Assembly (NCBI GenBank): GCA_963758525.1
Contig: CAVWVQ010000003.1
Coordinates: 832,001 to 896,000 of the forward strand
Source: an uncultured Phycisphaerales bacterium
GTDB lineage: Bacteria > Planctomycetota > Phycisphaerae > Tepidisphaerales > Tepidisphaeraceae
DNA length: 64,000 nt
Direction of reading: 5' to 3'
Part shown: one piece after another, positions 1-10,214 of the stretch
How the letters are laid out: every line of letters begins with the position of its first letter
Numbering within the stretch: the stretch's first letter is position 1
Program-made: the position numbers and the translations under genes
The notes under the pieces: generated by a model
Seen by the model: only the letters and a program-made list of their open reading frames with translations
Told to the model about the DNA's origin: nothing
The model's database searches: none

Positions 1-86
1 CGGCAGGGAGGCGGGCGACGCCAGAGCCGCTGAGCAACCTTCCGATAAACAAGAATCGCCCTTGAACCGGCGATTCCCGTCCGAAC

Positions 87-114
87 CGGCCACGGCAGCC
101 ATCTGCCGTGGCCG
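87..114. other. Perfect 12-bp GC-rich stem-loop (possible terminator or REP)
   Basis: CGGCCACGGCAG-CCAT-CTGCCGTGGCCG; no strong U-tract. Confidence 0.4.
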
Positions 115-194
115 CTCTGTTTGTGACGTACCCGAGGAGGGATTGGCGTCGCGGATCGCTCCGCCGTCGGCGTGACGGTTGCGCCCCGAGGCGA

Positions 195-719
195 TCAAAG
201 CATGTCGAATCCATGGCTCTTATGTAGCGCCAGGAGCCAGGTGACGCTAATGGCGCTGGCAGGACTGACACTTTTCCCATTTGCCGCGTTCAATTGCGCG
301 AGATCCATTGAGAGTTGCTGCTGATCGGCCTTTAAGATTGTCTCGATCTTTGCCGCATCGGCCGCGGCACTAGTTCTCGCGGAAGCCGCGTGCGTCTGCA
401 GGTTCGTTTGCGCCGTCACCAGATTTGATATGTCGGTCATCGTTTTCGCTGAATCGCCCCGATCGCGCAAAAGAGCGCGGATATCCAGCTTGATGATGCG
501 CTCGTCCGCTTTGAACGTCGCTCCCGCGGCTTTCGCATCCGCCGACACAACCGCGCGTAACGATCGCTTGTCGCTGCGCACCTGCTTTCGATCCGCGCGT
601 ACAACCAAGACCAGCATCCGGTGGTCTGCCGGTGTCACGGAGCCCGACGGAACAGCGACAGGCTGCGGGGATGCCGAGCACAGTTCCCTCGGCTCCAGCA
701 TTTCAACGATTGCGTTCAT
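195..719 (-). CDS. Small planctomycete LEPRxLL-type N-terminal motif protein
   Basis: N-terminus MNAIVEMLEPRELCS resembles the planctomycete E-x-LEPR-x-L(L) motif; AAAGGGG RBS-like sequence upstream; helical Ala/Asp/Lys-rich body. Confidence 0.6.
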   Translation of the reverse strand: MNAIVEMLEPRELCSASPQPVAVPSGSVTPADHRMLVLVVRADRKQVRSDKRSLRAVVSADAKAAGATFKADERIIKLDIRALLRDRGDSAKTMTDISNLVTAQTNLQTHAASARTSAAADAAKIETILKADQQQLSMDLAQLNAANGKSVSPASAISVTWLLALHKSHGFDML

Positions 720-839
720 GGGCCCCTTTCAGATGAGCTGCGTTATTGTACAACGCGTTGCCGTCGGCCGTGCGGAAGTGACAGATGCGCGACAGCCAGG
801 GTGCGCGCGAATTTCCGGGCCGATGGATGATCGACGTTG

Positions 840-916
840 ATCGGGGTAGGGAAGGCCGATGGAATTCGGCCTCCCCTCCCGCCAAACCGGACTTGCGGAT
901 CTCCCGCATCCGGCAT
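840..916 (-). mobile_element. Orphan group II intron domain V-VI remnant
   Basis: Minus strand reads TGCCGGATGCGGGAGATCCGCAAGTCCGGTTT-GGCGGGAGGGG-AGGCCGA-ATTCCA-TCGGCCTT-CCCTACCCCGAT, matching DV and DVI with a 3' AY end; resembles the DV at ~38455-38488. Confidence 0.75.
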
Positions 917-1167
917 TCGCCCACGACCGCAGCTAAGCACCGCGGCTCCACCCCGATTGGAGTGCTGTAAAATTTCCACGCCTTTCCGGGTGGATTTCAC
1001 GTCGGATATTGAACGACGATCGCTTCGAAAGCATTGAGAGGGATTGCTGTCGCGAAAAAAGATATTTGTTGCAGCAATGTTCGAGCTTCGTATTCTCATT
1101 GGCTGATCTACATTCGCACTACTTTCGAATGAACGCACAGGGGTGACGCATTCAAAGGGAGGATGTT

Positions 1168-1802
1168 GTGCTTCGCGGACGAAACTCAGTTTTATCGCTT
1201 CTGGTGATTTTCCAGTCGCTTCTTTGCATGGCGGGCGGATGCTCATCGCCCTGGGGAACCGCGGGGGTTGTCGTCGGCAGCACGGTCTTCGGCGCACAGC
1301 GCCGACCGCCGAGATCCATCAGATCTATTACGTCGGCATCTTCGATCCTCACGAGCAACTTCCGCCGCAGGTCTATCGGCTGACGGTTCACGGGCAGGCA
1401 AGCTTCATCAGTCTGGTGCGTTTCGCCTCCGGGTGGGTGCCGGCGCCGTTTGTCGATTCTCTCGGGTCGAGCGTGTCGGTTGACCAGGAGAACAACCTGC
1501 AATTCAAGAAAAGCTCTGCCGACACCATGGCAGCTCTGACGACAGCCCGGCGCATGATGGTCTTCGGCCCCGAAGGGTTCCGCGAAGTCCCGAAGGATCA
1601 GCGCCTGGTGATCGTCATGGGCCAGAATCCCAATGCGTTTTTTCAGGGAATCGACAACGCGATGGGATTCGCCGCGCAGGTCAAGGCAACAACGCAACCG
1701 ACCACGCAGCCGTCGGGCATGTCGTCGGCGTTGAAGAACGCATCGGTCGAGCAGGGCCGATTGCAGGATTTGCAGAACGATCTGGACTCCGGCTCATTTT
1801 AG
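1168..1802 (+). CDS. Uncharacterised lipoprotein (one frameshift near 1300)
   Basis: Signal/lipobox MLRGRNSVLSLLVIFQSLLCMAGGC in one frame continues as APTAEIHQIYYVGIFDP in the 1143..1802 frame; TTQPTTQP linker. Confidence 0.6.
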
Positions 1803-1810
1803 GGGACGTA

Positions 1811-4800
1811 ATGAAGACTCGATCCGTTGGCGCCAGATGCGCTCAGGCGTACATCACATTGCTGCTGCTGGGTATCCTCGCCGGCGGGTGTGCAGTTTTG
1901 ACGGTAGACGTGGACGTCTATAAGGGGCCGCTCTCCAACGAGCGCGTCATCCAAGTGAAACAGGTGGCCTCGATGGCCATGGCGGCAAAGCCGCTGCTCG
2001 TGAATCTGCGCGACTGGATGGAGTGGCCGGACCCGGATGTGCGCCGGTGCATGCAGGGGCGAGCTGGCGTATACAAGGCGGGCGCCATCGTTGACACTGG
2101 AACCGCCGGACCGCAGTCTTACGGCTATCATTTCCTGAACGAAAGAGCGCGTCGAATCAACGGCATTCTTGGCCTCTACGATGACAGTATCTATGGCCCG
2201 CTCACGGGGCCAGTAAGGGATGTGCGCGACGCCATCCAGGACGTGCTGGCAAATGCAGAGCTGACTCCGCCAGATGTGAAATTGCACAGGTTCGTTCCAG
2301 CGACAGCTCCTTCGACACAAGAGATGCAGACGACGAAGGTTATCGCTGGACTGCCCGATGTCACCGCTCAAGACATTTTCGCCGCACAGAACTTCTTGCT
2401 TAGCGCGCAGACGCAGCCGAGTTTGATCACCGATGCGAGCCAGGGCTGCCCGGTATTGAAGGACAGGTACATCCAGGTCGGCCCCAAGTACGACAAAGGC
2501 AACCGCCAACTGCGCCGGTTGCTATGGGCATCGACCGCCTTGGCTCAGCGATTGCTGTGGGATCCGAGAATCTCAACGACCTATCCGAATGCGGATTCGA
2601 TTCGTGACGCCGACGTCGACTTAATCGTCTCTTTGGTCAATTCGTCAGCGCTCTACACCGCGATAACAACGGACCGCGATCCGTCTGACTGCGACGTCGC
2701 CACGCTCAAAGATCACCTGGCGCGCACCGCGTGTCCGCCGAGCGCCAAATCTCTTCCTGCTGACGATTCTCTTCTAACGATGCTGAGTCGTCTGCTCAAG
2801 GCTGGCAAATTAGCCACGACCGATTCGCTGGCTAGCGGGGCCGTCCCACCAAGCTCCTTCGATCTGGAGGCTTTGCTCTTGGCCGACGCGTTCCTGCGCA
2901 GGCACGGCTTTCCCGGAGGCGTCGTAAGTCCTCAAAGCATTCGCGACGGGTCCCGTGTCGACACCCGGATGCCCACTGAGACGTTGGTCGAGACTCTCCA
3001 GACCATCGAACAAAACACAAATTCTGGTCTAGATGGCGGCCGCTTGAACAAAGGGATTGAAAGCCTCATTCGCGAATATCTGCAGAAGGAGGCCGATAAT
3101 GCGTCAGCCACGCCGCCGGCGACCGAGCCCACCGCTGAAGAAAGCACAATGAACGAATCTCTGGTGGATATGGCCGAGAAGCTGCGGTTTCTTGGTAATA
3201 ACGACGCAATATTCGAAGATCTCACCGTAGAAGAACTGCATAAACAACTCAATCCCGCAGCAACACAGCCACCGGGCTGCCCGCTGATTGCGGCGAAAGA
3301 TGGACGCGATGAAGATCCAAAGAAAAATTTCAGGACCGAGGTCATCACTCTCAAAATGTATACCCCGCTCTTACAGACTCTCGGCAACACGATACTTGTC
3401 GAAGAAAATGAATTGCAAGCCTGGGCGGATCATGACGCCCTGCAAAAGCGCGAGTTCGGCGACGCCGCACAGGCGTTTCGAACCGGTATTCTCATGAGCT
3501 CGGCGAGCACCCAGCCGAGCACGCTGCCAAGCTGCCGGCGTCCGAAGACGGTCGATTGCGATCCTTGCACGCTCCCCACGACCGACCCAGTTGCCCCGTG
3601 CATAGAAGAATTGACCTGCTCGGCGCTGCAGCCCCGCGCCGCGACGGAGCCGTCGAGCATGGAGTCTCCCAAGGAGCTGATGGATAAATGGATCACCACG
3701 CTGCAAATCGGCTATGAGAATTCCGTTCGCCGCTTCGGAACACATTCGGCCGAGGCGCAGAATCTCAGCGATGCCATCGAGGCGGCGGACAAGTTTCGGA
3801 TCGACATGATCTACATCCGTCCGCCGTCGGCGTATCTGCGAACGAGCAATCCCGCCTCGATCACTCAAAATGGCGATGACGGCAGATGGAAAAACTTGCT
3901 TCTGGACAACAGCTTCAAATCCCTTCCTTTCGGCGGGGAATATCTCGCCAATTGGCCCGGCGAATCGGACGGCTACTCAGAGTTGGACCCGAGGATGTTT
4001 TGTCCCTTTGACGCTGAGAGGTACCATCTTCCCACCCCTTTCGAGAATGCGAGAAATCGTCGATTAGTTGCCGCCGAGATCGACCGGCAATTCTGGCAAA
4101 ACATCAACACCGTTCGCGTCGACGGAACCGGGGCGACAAATTACGTCATCGCGAAAGACGACATCGGCAACTGGTACGTGAAAGACGTGGGCACGGATAC
4201 GAGCGCGATCACCCAGGCGGCAACCAACCTCTTTCTCTTCTCAGCGGCGGGCAAGACGGCAAGCCAGGCTGTTATCAAAGGCATTTCCGATCAGGTCGCC
4301 AAAGCGACAACGAGAAAGTCCGGCTATACGGGCGATTCGTCCACCACGCAGCCGACAACCCAATCTGCCGACGCAAGCGTTCGCAGCGGGCAACTCATAC
4401 AGGCGAACGACGAATTTCTCAGCCAGTCCAAACAGGATTATCAGGACGTGCAGGCCAAGCTCGGCGAGATTGCCAAGCTGGTGACCGCCGCGACGCAGCC
4501 GTCAGCGGCCGCGCCGGCTGACACAACCTCGGCCAAGCCACCAACTCAGGCGACCGTCGTCACAGTTCTCATGGCCAATGGCGATTATGAAAAGCTCATT
4601 CATACGCCGGCCACGCAGCCGGTTGAGAAGATCGCGGACGACAAGATCGACGGAGTCATTCTGGATGATCTGAATAACATGCGGCGGTATCACACGAACG
4701 TCTCGCTGGCCGCGGCCGCGGCAACGCAGCCGGCGCTAAGCGATGATGAGAAGAAGAAAGTGACGGGCGTGCAATCGTCCATTGCCGATGGATTGAAGAC

Positions 4801-4867
4801 GCTGGTCCGCCAGCGAAAATCACATGTTGACGTCTACCAGGGGGAGCTGCAGATCATCAGCCCGTAG
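1811..4867 (+). CDS. Large uncharacterised lipoprotein (1018 aa)
   Basis: Long ORF, lipobox LAGGC, several (A/S/T)TQP linkers, RBS AGGGG upstream, 8 bp after the previous gene. Confidence 0.85.
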   Translation: MKTRSVGARCAQAYITLLLLGILAGGCAVLTVDVDVYKGPLSNERVIQVKQVASMAMAAKPLLVNLRDWMEWPDPDVRRCMQGRAGVYKAGAIVDTGTAGPQSYGYHFLNERARRINGILGLYDDSIYGPLTGPVRDVRDAIQDVLANAELTPPDVKLHRFVPATAPSTQEMQTTKVIAGLPDVTAQDIFAAQNFLLSAQTQPSLITDASQGCPVLKDRYIQVGPKYDKGNRQLRRLLWASTALAQRLLWDPRISTTYPNADSIRDADVDLIVSLVNSSALYTAITTDRDPSDCDVATLKDHLARTACPPSAKSLPADDSLLTMLSRLLKAGKLATTDSLASGAVPPSSFDLEALLLADAFLRRHGFPGGVVSPQSIRDGSRVDTRMPTETLVETLQTIEQNTNSGLDGGRLNKGIESLIREYLQKEADNASATPPATEPTAEESTMNESLVDMAEKLRFLGNNDAIFEDLTVEELHKQLNPAATQPPGCPLIAAKDGRDEDPKKNFRTEVITLKMYTPLLQTLGNTILVEENELQAWADHDALQKREFGDAAQAFRTGILMSSASTQPSTLPSCRRPKTVDCDPCTLPTTDPVAPCIEELTCSALQPRAATEPSSMESPKELMDKWITTLQIGYENSVRRFGTHSAEAQNLSDAIEAADKFRIDMIYIRPPSAYLRTSNPASITQNGDDGRWKNLLLDNSFKSLPFGGEYLANWPGESDGYSELDPRMFCPFDAERYHLPTPFENARNRRLVAAEIDRQFWQNINTVRVDGTGATNYVIAKDDIGNWYVKDVGTDTSAITQAATNLFLFSAAGKTASQAVIKGISDQVAKATTRKSGYTGDSSTTQPTTQSADASVRSGQLIQANDEFLSQSKQDYQDVQAKLGEIAKLVTAATQPSAAAPADTTSAKPPTQATVVTVLMANGDYEKLIHTPATQPVEKIADDKIDGVILDDLNNMRRYHTNVSLAAAAATQPALSDDEKKKVTGVQSSIADGLKTLVRQRKSHVDVYQGELQIISP

Positions 4868-4925
4868 ATCGCGGCGGTGCGGACGTCACCCAGATTACGG
4901 AACACCCAAATCGCAATATTGGCTG

Positions 4926-5198
4926 TCACCGGCCCGTTAAAAGAAGCCACGCGCACACGCCCAAAAAACAACTGCTAATCGTGAGACCAATCCATCCAGG
5001 AATTGATCGCAGCTTGCTTGCAACGATTGCGGTAATTCCGGCGATAAACGCCATCGAAATTAACGGTACAACGAGGATCGGCGCCAAGAAGCCGATCGGT
5101 ATGGCAAGCAGCAGGCAAAGTGAAATCCAGCCCGCAATAAACCCTGTCCTTCTACGGGGGTGGAGGCGTGCATAATTTAACGTCTCGCGGTACATCAT
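4926..5198 (-). CDS. Small membrane protein
   Basis: About three hydrophobic segments; start uncertain. Confidence 0.5.
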   Translation of the reverse strand: MMYRETLNYARLHPRRRTGFIAGWISLCLLLAIPIGFLAPILVVPLISMAFIAGITAIVASKLRSIPGWIGLTISSCFLGVCAWLLLTGR

Positions 5199-5273
5199 GA
5201 GGGCGTGGGGGTGCCAACGGCACGACGCGTTCAGGCGGTAGGCCAACGAACGTTACTCCTTTGTATAGCCGGC

Positions 5274-5762
5274 TCAATTTTTCGTCTGGTTGGGATTGTC
5301 GGGCTTCCCGACATAAAAGGACATACCCTTCAGTTCAAGAACCTGCCATTTCTCGTTATCGGTTTCGTTTAGTGGCCGGCTCACCGTCAGGCGGTAATGG
5401 CCAGCGGCGCGAACATCCTGAGAAAGATCAAACTGCTTCGAAATGCTGCTGTGCGGGAGCAGTGCTGACTGCGGTGCATCCACAGCACAGCTCGGGGAGG
5501 GAAACGCCTTCCCATCCTCGTCATAGATCTCAGTGTAGAAGGGCGAAGCATGGTCCCCCCAAAACATGGCGGCTGTGTCATTATCGTTCTTGAGCACGAT
5601 GCAAGCCACAATCGGCCTTCCCACCTCATTTCGAGTCTGCAAACGGACTGTCAGAGACAACCCATCAATCGCCACTGAGTACGTCGCAAGATGCTCGGGA
5701 GCCGGCGTCGCGATCGCTGAGACGCACGTGATCAACAGCATGAGGAACAGAACGTTTCGCAT
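5274..5762 (-). CDS. Secreted hypothetical protein (possible beta-sandwich)
   Basis: Signal peptide MRNVLFLMLLITCVSAIA; GHYRLTVS strand pattern. Confidence 0.6.
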   Translation of the reverse strand: MRNVLFLMLLITCVSAIATPAPEHLATYSVAIDGLSLTVRLQTRNEVGRPIVACIVLKNDNDTAAMFWGDHASPFYTEIYDEDGKAFPSPSCAVDAPQSALLPHSSISKQFDLSQDVRAAGHYRLTVSRPLNETDNEKWQVLELKGMSFYVGKPDNPNQTKN

Positions 5763-6115
5763 TGGTAGGCCTCGCGTAGAATGTTGAACCTGGTCGAGCG
5801 GCCCGCGATGCACCCGTTTCCCATCATGGAAGCCGTGTGTGCACGTGTTCCGTTAGCGCGGAATACTAAGGTGACGCGAACGGGACGCGAACACTAACAT
5901 TGGGAAGAGCCCGGCGGACGGCGACGTGGCTGCAACCTCTGCTGCAATTGTAAGCGATGGGCGGTTTGATTCACCCATTCGTCGCCGCCGAATGGGCGGC
6001 GGTCAAGGCTGATTTTGACCCGCTTCTCTTCCGGTTCTCCTGGGCGAGTCGCGGGAAATACACCATGCGGCGATAGCGAGCTGCGCAGGAGAAGTGTTTT
6101 GGCCGGGAGTACAAA

Positions 6116-7216
6116 ATGATTCACTATGACATACGAATCGATCAGCTCGATGTGACGACGTACCGCGTGCCGACTGATCTACCGGAGTCTGATGGCACGC
6201 TGACTTGGGACCACACTGACATCGTCGTCGTTGAGGTCAAAACCGGAGAATCGATCGGGCTGGGGTGGAGCTACGCGTCCAAGGCAACAGCGGAAATGAT
6301 CACTGGAATTCTCCGCCCGGCGGTTGTCGGACAATCGGCGCTGGCGGTCGAAGGCGCGTGGCGGGAAATGAGCCACCGCCTCCGCAACGTTGGCCGTCCC
6401 GGCGCCGGATCCATGGCGGTCGCGGCGGTCGATATTGCCCTGTGGGACCTCAAGGCGAAATTGCTCGGCGTCGCACTGGTCGATCTATTCGGCCCGGTGC
6501 GCGAGTCGGTTGAAATCTACGGCAGCGGCGGGTTCACCAGCTACACAGACGAACACTTAGCCGAACAACTCGGCGGGTGGGCCAGCGACGGTATCGGACG
6601 GGTGAAGATGAAAGTCGGGCGCGACGCCGAGGCCGATCTGCATCGCGTTGAGGTCGCCCGAAAGGCAATTGGTGACAGTGTCGAGCTCTTTGTCGATGCC
6701 AATGGCGCGTACACGCGCAAGCAGGCGTTGCTGATGGCCCAGCGCTTTGCGGAGGATTACGGCGTGACGTGGTTCGAAGAACCGAGATCTTCCGACGATC
6801 TGCAAGGCCTGCGGCTCTTGCGCGATCGCGGCCCGGCGGGAATGGATATCGCTGCCGGTGAATATGGAGATACGACCGGCTACTTCCGTCGCATGCTTGC
6901 CGCCGGCGCGGTCGATTGCCTGCAGGCAGATGCCACGCGCTGTGGCGGATACACCGGCTTTCTCAAAGTCGCTGCCCTGTGCGACGGGTTTGAAATTCCG
7001 CTATCGGCGCATTGTGCGCCGCAATTGCACGCTCATGTCGGTTGCGCGGTGCATGCTCTGCGGCACGTCGAGTATTTCCATGATCACAACCGGATTGATC
7101 GCATGCTGTTCGACGGATTTCTGGAGCCAAGCAACGGCCAACTGAAACCAGATCGCAGTCAACCCGGACACGGTATGGTAATCAGGCAGGCCGATGCCTC
7201 CCATTACCGAATCTGA
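6116..7216 (+). CDS. Mandelate racemase/muconate lactonizing enzyme family (enolase superfamily)
   Basis: DIALWDLKAK, KMKVG, VDANG, WFEEP, AAGEY motifs. Confidence 0.92.
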   Translation: MIHYDIRIDQLDVTTYRVPTDLPESDGTLTWDHTDIVVVEVKTGESIGLGWSYASKATAEMITGILRPAVVGQSALAVEGAWREMSHRLRNVGRPGAGSMAVAAVDIALWDLKAKLLGVALVDLFGPVRESVEIYGSGGFTSYTDEHLAEQLGGWASDGIGRVKMKVGRDAEADLHRVEVARKAIGDSVELFVDANGAYTRKQALLMAQRFAEDYGVTWFEEPRSSDDLQGLRLLRDRGPAGMDIAAGEYGDTTGYFRRMLAAGAVDCLQADATRCGGYTGFLKVAALCDGFEIPLSAHCAPQLHAHVGCAVHALRHVEYFHDHNRIDRMLFDGFLEPSNGQLKPDRSQPGHGMVIRQADASHYRI

Positions 7217-7238
7217 AGTGCAATTGATCGGCCGAGCA

Positions 7239-9089
7239 TCAGCGAAACAAAAGCAATAAAGCGCCATAGGCCGCCATTCCGAAGGTAAACCAGGCGACGT
7301 AATCACCCACGTTTCCGCTTTGCAGCTTCCGCAAAGGCCGCATCGCTGCAATCAAGCCGCGGCCGAGCATCCAGTTTAATCGGGTTCCGAAGAGCCCGGG
7401 AAATAACGCCATCGCGGCGACAACGAATGGCGTTAGAAGAGCAACGGCACTGTCCATTCGAAATTCTGCTCGTTGAACACCGGGACTGGATCGCGGAATA
7501 TCCGTTGTGCCGTCGAGAACGGCGGCAGTGATGCTTTTCGATTGCTGAAAATGATCGGCGGCCCTCTGTACATCCGTTCTCGCTGTTTGTGGAATCGCCA
7601 CGAGACCTGCCAGGCCCAGAAGTGCAACGGCAGGCAGCCACATAAACGGCGGTGTTTTGTTGTGCTGGCCCGCGGTTTCGGTGTTCATGGGAATGTGCGG
7701 CGAACCTCGGCTGGTCGCTTCTTGCCGCGCTCCCCAGCCGAAGAAGACTCGGGCGGTAAATCGCAGAACCGCGCCGGCGGTCAGCGACCCGGCGATGATC
7801 GCGACCGGAGACAGCCAGCGTAGATGCAACCTCATTTGTGCCTGATGAATCTGCGACTGGCCGTAAAATGTGGCAAATGGCGGGGCGCCAGCCAGGGCGA
7901 GTGCCGCCACTATCAGAATCGGCGCCACGAACATCGGGCTTCCAACGCAGCGGCGCAGGTCGTATTCATCCACGCTGCCGCAGCGGTGCAGGAGAATGCC
8001 GGCACTTAAAAAAAGAGCTCCTTTGATCATGCCGTGACCGACGAGATAGACCGCCGTACCGCTCAGCGCCCCTCGATCGAGCATCGCGAATCCGATGACC
8101 ATCAGACCCAGATGGCTAATGGTGCTGAATGCGAGCATTCGCTTGAGGTGCCGTTGACCGAAACAGTAGATCGCTCCAGTGATCGAAGTCGCAGCGCCCA
8201 TCAGCAGGAATACGTCGCGAATCGCGGCCTCTGCAGCTGCGTCCAATGAGGGCGCGAACACAAGCCAGTGCAATCGAGCGATCGCATACAACCCCAGCTC
8301 CACCATCACGCCAGAGAAGAGCACGCACACGGGTGTCGGGGCAACTGCGTGGGCATCCGCGAGCCAGAAGTGAAAGGGCACTACCGCCATCTTCACCAGG
8401 AATCCGGCAATCAGGAACAAGAACGAGATCATTAGAAACGTCACTCCCGGTGGATGCGAAGTCAGGGAGCGGCCCACTTCCGCCATGTTCAGAGAGCCTG
8501 TCTGCGCGTAGAGCAGAGCGACGCCGGCCAGGGAGAGGAATGCGCCAACTGTGTTGACCACGGCAAAGTTCAACGCTCCAAGCAGGGGCCAGCTTTCTTC
8601 GGATTTGTATCCGCACAGACCCACTGCGGCAGCGGTCATCAACTCAAACCAGACGAACAGGTTGAACAGATCGCCCGTCAGGCACAGCCCGCACATGGCA
8701 GCCATAAACGTGAGCATCAGAGCGTGATACAGGGACTTCACTTCTTCGAAATAGCTCCAGGAGAAAGAAAATGCAGCGGTTGACAAGAGAGCGACCATGG
8801 CGGCCAGGCCGGCGCCAATAGGATCGATGACAAAGCAGATTCCAACTGGAAAGTGGCGGGAAGATGCGGGCATCGCGTCGGGATGCCAGTTACCGAACCA
8901 ATAGACCAGGGTTTCATGCGACGACACGTTGGCGAGAAGGCCGCAGAGGACGCACACGGAAGCTGTCGTCAGCAGCGAGACCGCATCGAGCAGCCGCCGC
9001 GGGAGTTGATTACCAACCGCTGCCAGAATTGCGGCGACGACGAGCGGAATAACCACCGGCAGCGGCGCAAGTTGGTTGCTCCAAGGCAT
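7239..9089 (-). CDS. mrpD: MrpD/MbhH-like proton-conducting membrane subunit
   Basis: TGDLFNLFVWFELM, KMAVVPFHFWLADAHAVAPTP, KRMLAFSTISHLG, HGMIKGALFL. Confidence 0.88.
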   Translation of the reverse strand: MPWSNQLAPLPVVIPLVVAAILAAVGNQLPRRLLDAVSLLTTASVCVLCGLLANVSSHETLVYWFGNWHPDAMPASSRHFPVGICFVIDPIGAGLAAMVALLSTAAFSFSWSYFEEVKSLYHALMLTFMAAMCGLCLTGDLFNLFVWFELMTAAAVGLCGYKSEESWPLLGALNFAVVNTVGAFLSLAGVALLYAQTGSLNMAEVGRSLTSHPPGVTFLMISFLFLIAGFLVKMAVVPFHFWLADAHAVAPTPVCVLFSGVMVELGLYAIARLHWLVFAPSLDAAAEAAIRDVFLLMGAATSITGAIYCFGQRHLKRMLAFSTISHLGLMVIGFAMLDRGALSGTAVYLVGHGMIKGALFLSAGILLHRCGSVDEYDLRRCVGSPMFVAPILIVAALALAGAPPFATFYGQSQIHQAQMRLHLRWLSPVAIIAGSLTAGAVLRFTARVFFGWGARQEATSRGSPHIPMNTETAGQHNKTPPFMWLPAVALLGLAGLVAIPQTARTDVQRAADHFQQSKSITAAVLDGTTDIPRSSPGVQRAEFRMDSAVALLTPFVVAAMALFPGLFGTRLNWMLGRGLIAAMRPLRKLQSGNVGDYVAWFTFGMAAYGALLLLFR

Positions 9090-9093
9090 CGCA

Positions 9094-9459
9094 TCAGCCT
9101 CGCATGACGTTGATATAGCCAGGATCGGTTGAGCCCGTGCGCTTGTGAATCTTCACGGCAATGGCCAGGAGCAGAGCGACGACAGTCGCCTCCACGACGA
9201 CATCGGTGAGCATCAGCGCCTGAATGACCGGATCGACCGTCGGGCTTCCGGGCTGCACGCCGTCGGTAAAAACGGGCGCCGGCAAATTTGGTCGGTACCC
9301 GATCACTGTCAACAGCACATACGTAGCGGCCTGGACGACGGTCAAACAGAGGCATAGGTGAATCAGATGCCGGCTGGTAACGATGCCGTAAAGCCCCACG
9401 AGGAAAAGCCATGCCGCCACACCAAAACCCACGTAAGTGACGGGATCGTCCATTGGCAT
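9094..9459 (-). CDS. mrpC: Mrp antiporter subunit C
   Basis: GLYGIV...DPVIQALMLTDVVV; 3 TM segments. Confidence 0.88.
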   Translation of the reverse strand: MPMDDPVTYVGFGVAAWLFLVGLYGIVTSRHLIHLCLCLTVVQAATYVLLTVIGYRPNLPAPVFTDGVQPGSPTVDPVIQALMLTDVVVEATVVALLLAIAVKIHKRTGSTDPGYINVMRG

Positions 9460-10214
9460 TATTTCTCCTCCTCCATCGTGAGCATCTCCTGCAGAAATGC
9501 ATACAGCAGCAGGACAAACCCCGCTGTCACTTCGATCCCAACCGCCGCGCTGATGAAAGGAATGGTGCCGCCGCTGGTCAGCTCGGTCGCCTTGCCCAGC
9601 GGAAGGATGTTGGTCAGGAACGGTTTTCCCCAGAACCAGGCGAGCATGCCGATGATCACGAACGCTGCCGCTCCGGCAGCCTCGGCAATCTCCACCATTG
9701 GATGGGTCATGATCCGCTTGAATGTCTCAAATTCATGACCCAGATAAATGATTAAAGCAGCCGTGGCGAGAATCACGCCGCCCTGAAACCCACCGCCAGG
9801 CGAGAGCTGTCCGTGGAGGACGATGTAAACGCCGAACGCGATTTTGGGTCCGACCATCGCCAGGATCCATAGCCGCATGGCATCACTGGGCCCCAGGTCG
9901 CGCCCGCGGCTGATTGCATCGGGTAATTGCCTCACTTTTTTCTCATCCGCCTGGCGGAGCAGCACAAGCGAACCCATCACCGACGCAAAAAGGATGAACT
10001 CTTCACCGACAGTATCGAAACCGCGATAGTCGAAGTTCACCGCCGTCACGACATCGGTGATGTTCCGCTCGGAAAAGGTACGGCTGGTGAGGGCGATGCT
10101 ATACCGGTTGCGCAGATCCGCCGGCCCGGGAAGCCGGGTAAAAGCCAGCGTGAACAGGACGGCGATCCCGATCGCACCTGCGAAGAACAGGATCAATCGG
10201 ATGGAGTTGTTCAT
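9459..10214 (-). CDS. mrpB: Mrp antiporter subunit B (MnhB domain)
   Basis: DVVTAVNFDYRGFDTVGE and HGQLSPGGGFQGG; real start MNNSIR at 10214 overlaps the upstream stop (ATGA). Confidence 0.88.
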   Translation of the reverse strand: MNNSIRLILFFAGAIGIAVLFTLAFTRLPGPADLRNRYSIALTSRTFSERNITDVVTAVNFDYRGFDTVGEEFILFASVMGSLVLLRQADEKKVRQLPDAISRGRDLGPSDAMRLWILAMVGPKIAFGVYIVLHGQLSPGGGFQGGVILATAALIIYLGHEFETFKRIMTHPMVEIAEAAGAAAFVIIGMLAWFWGKPFLTNILPLGKATELTSGGTIPFISAAVGIEVTAGFVLLLYAFLQEMLTMEEEK

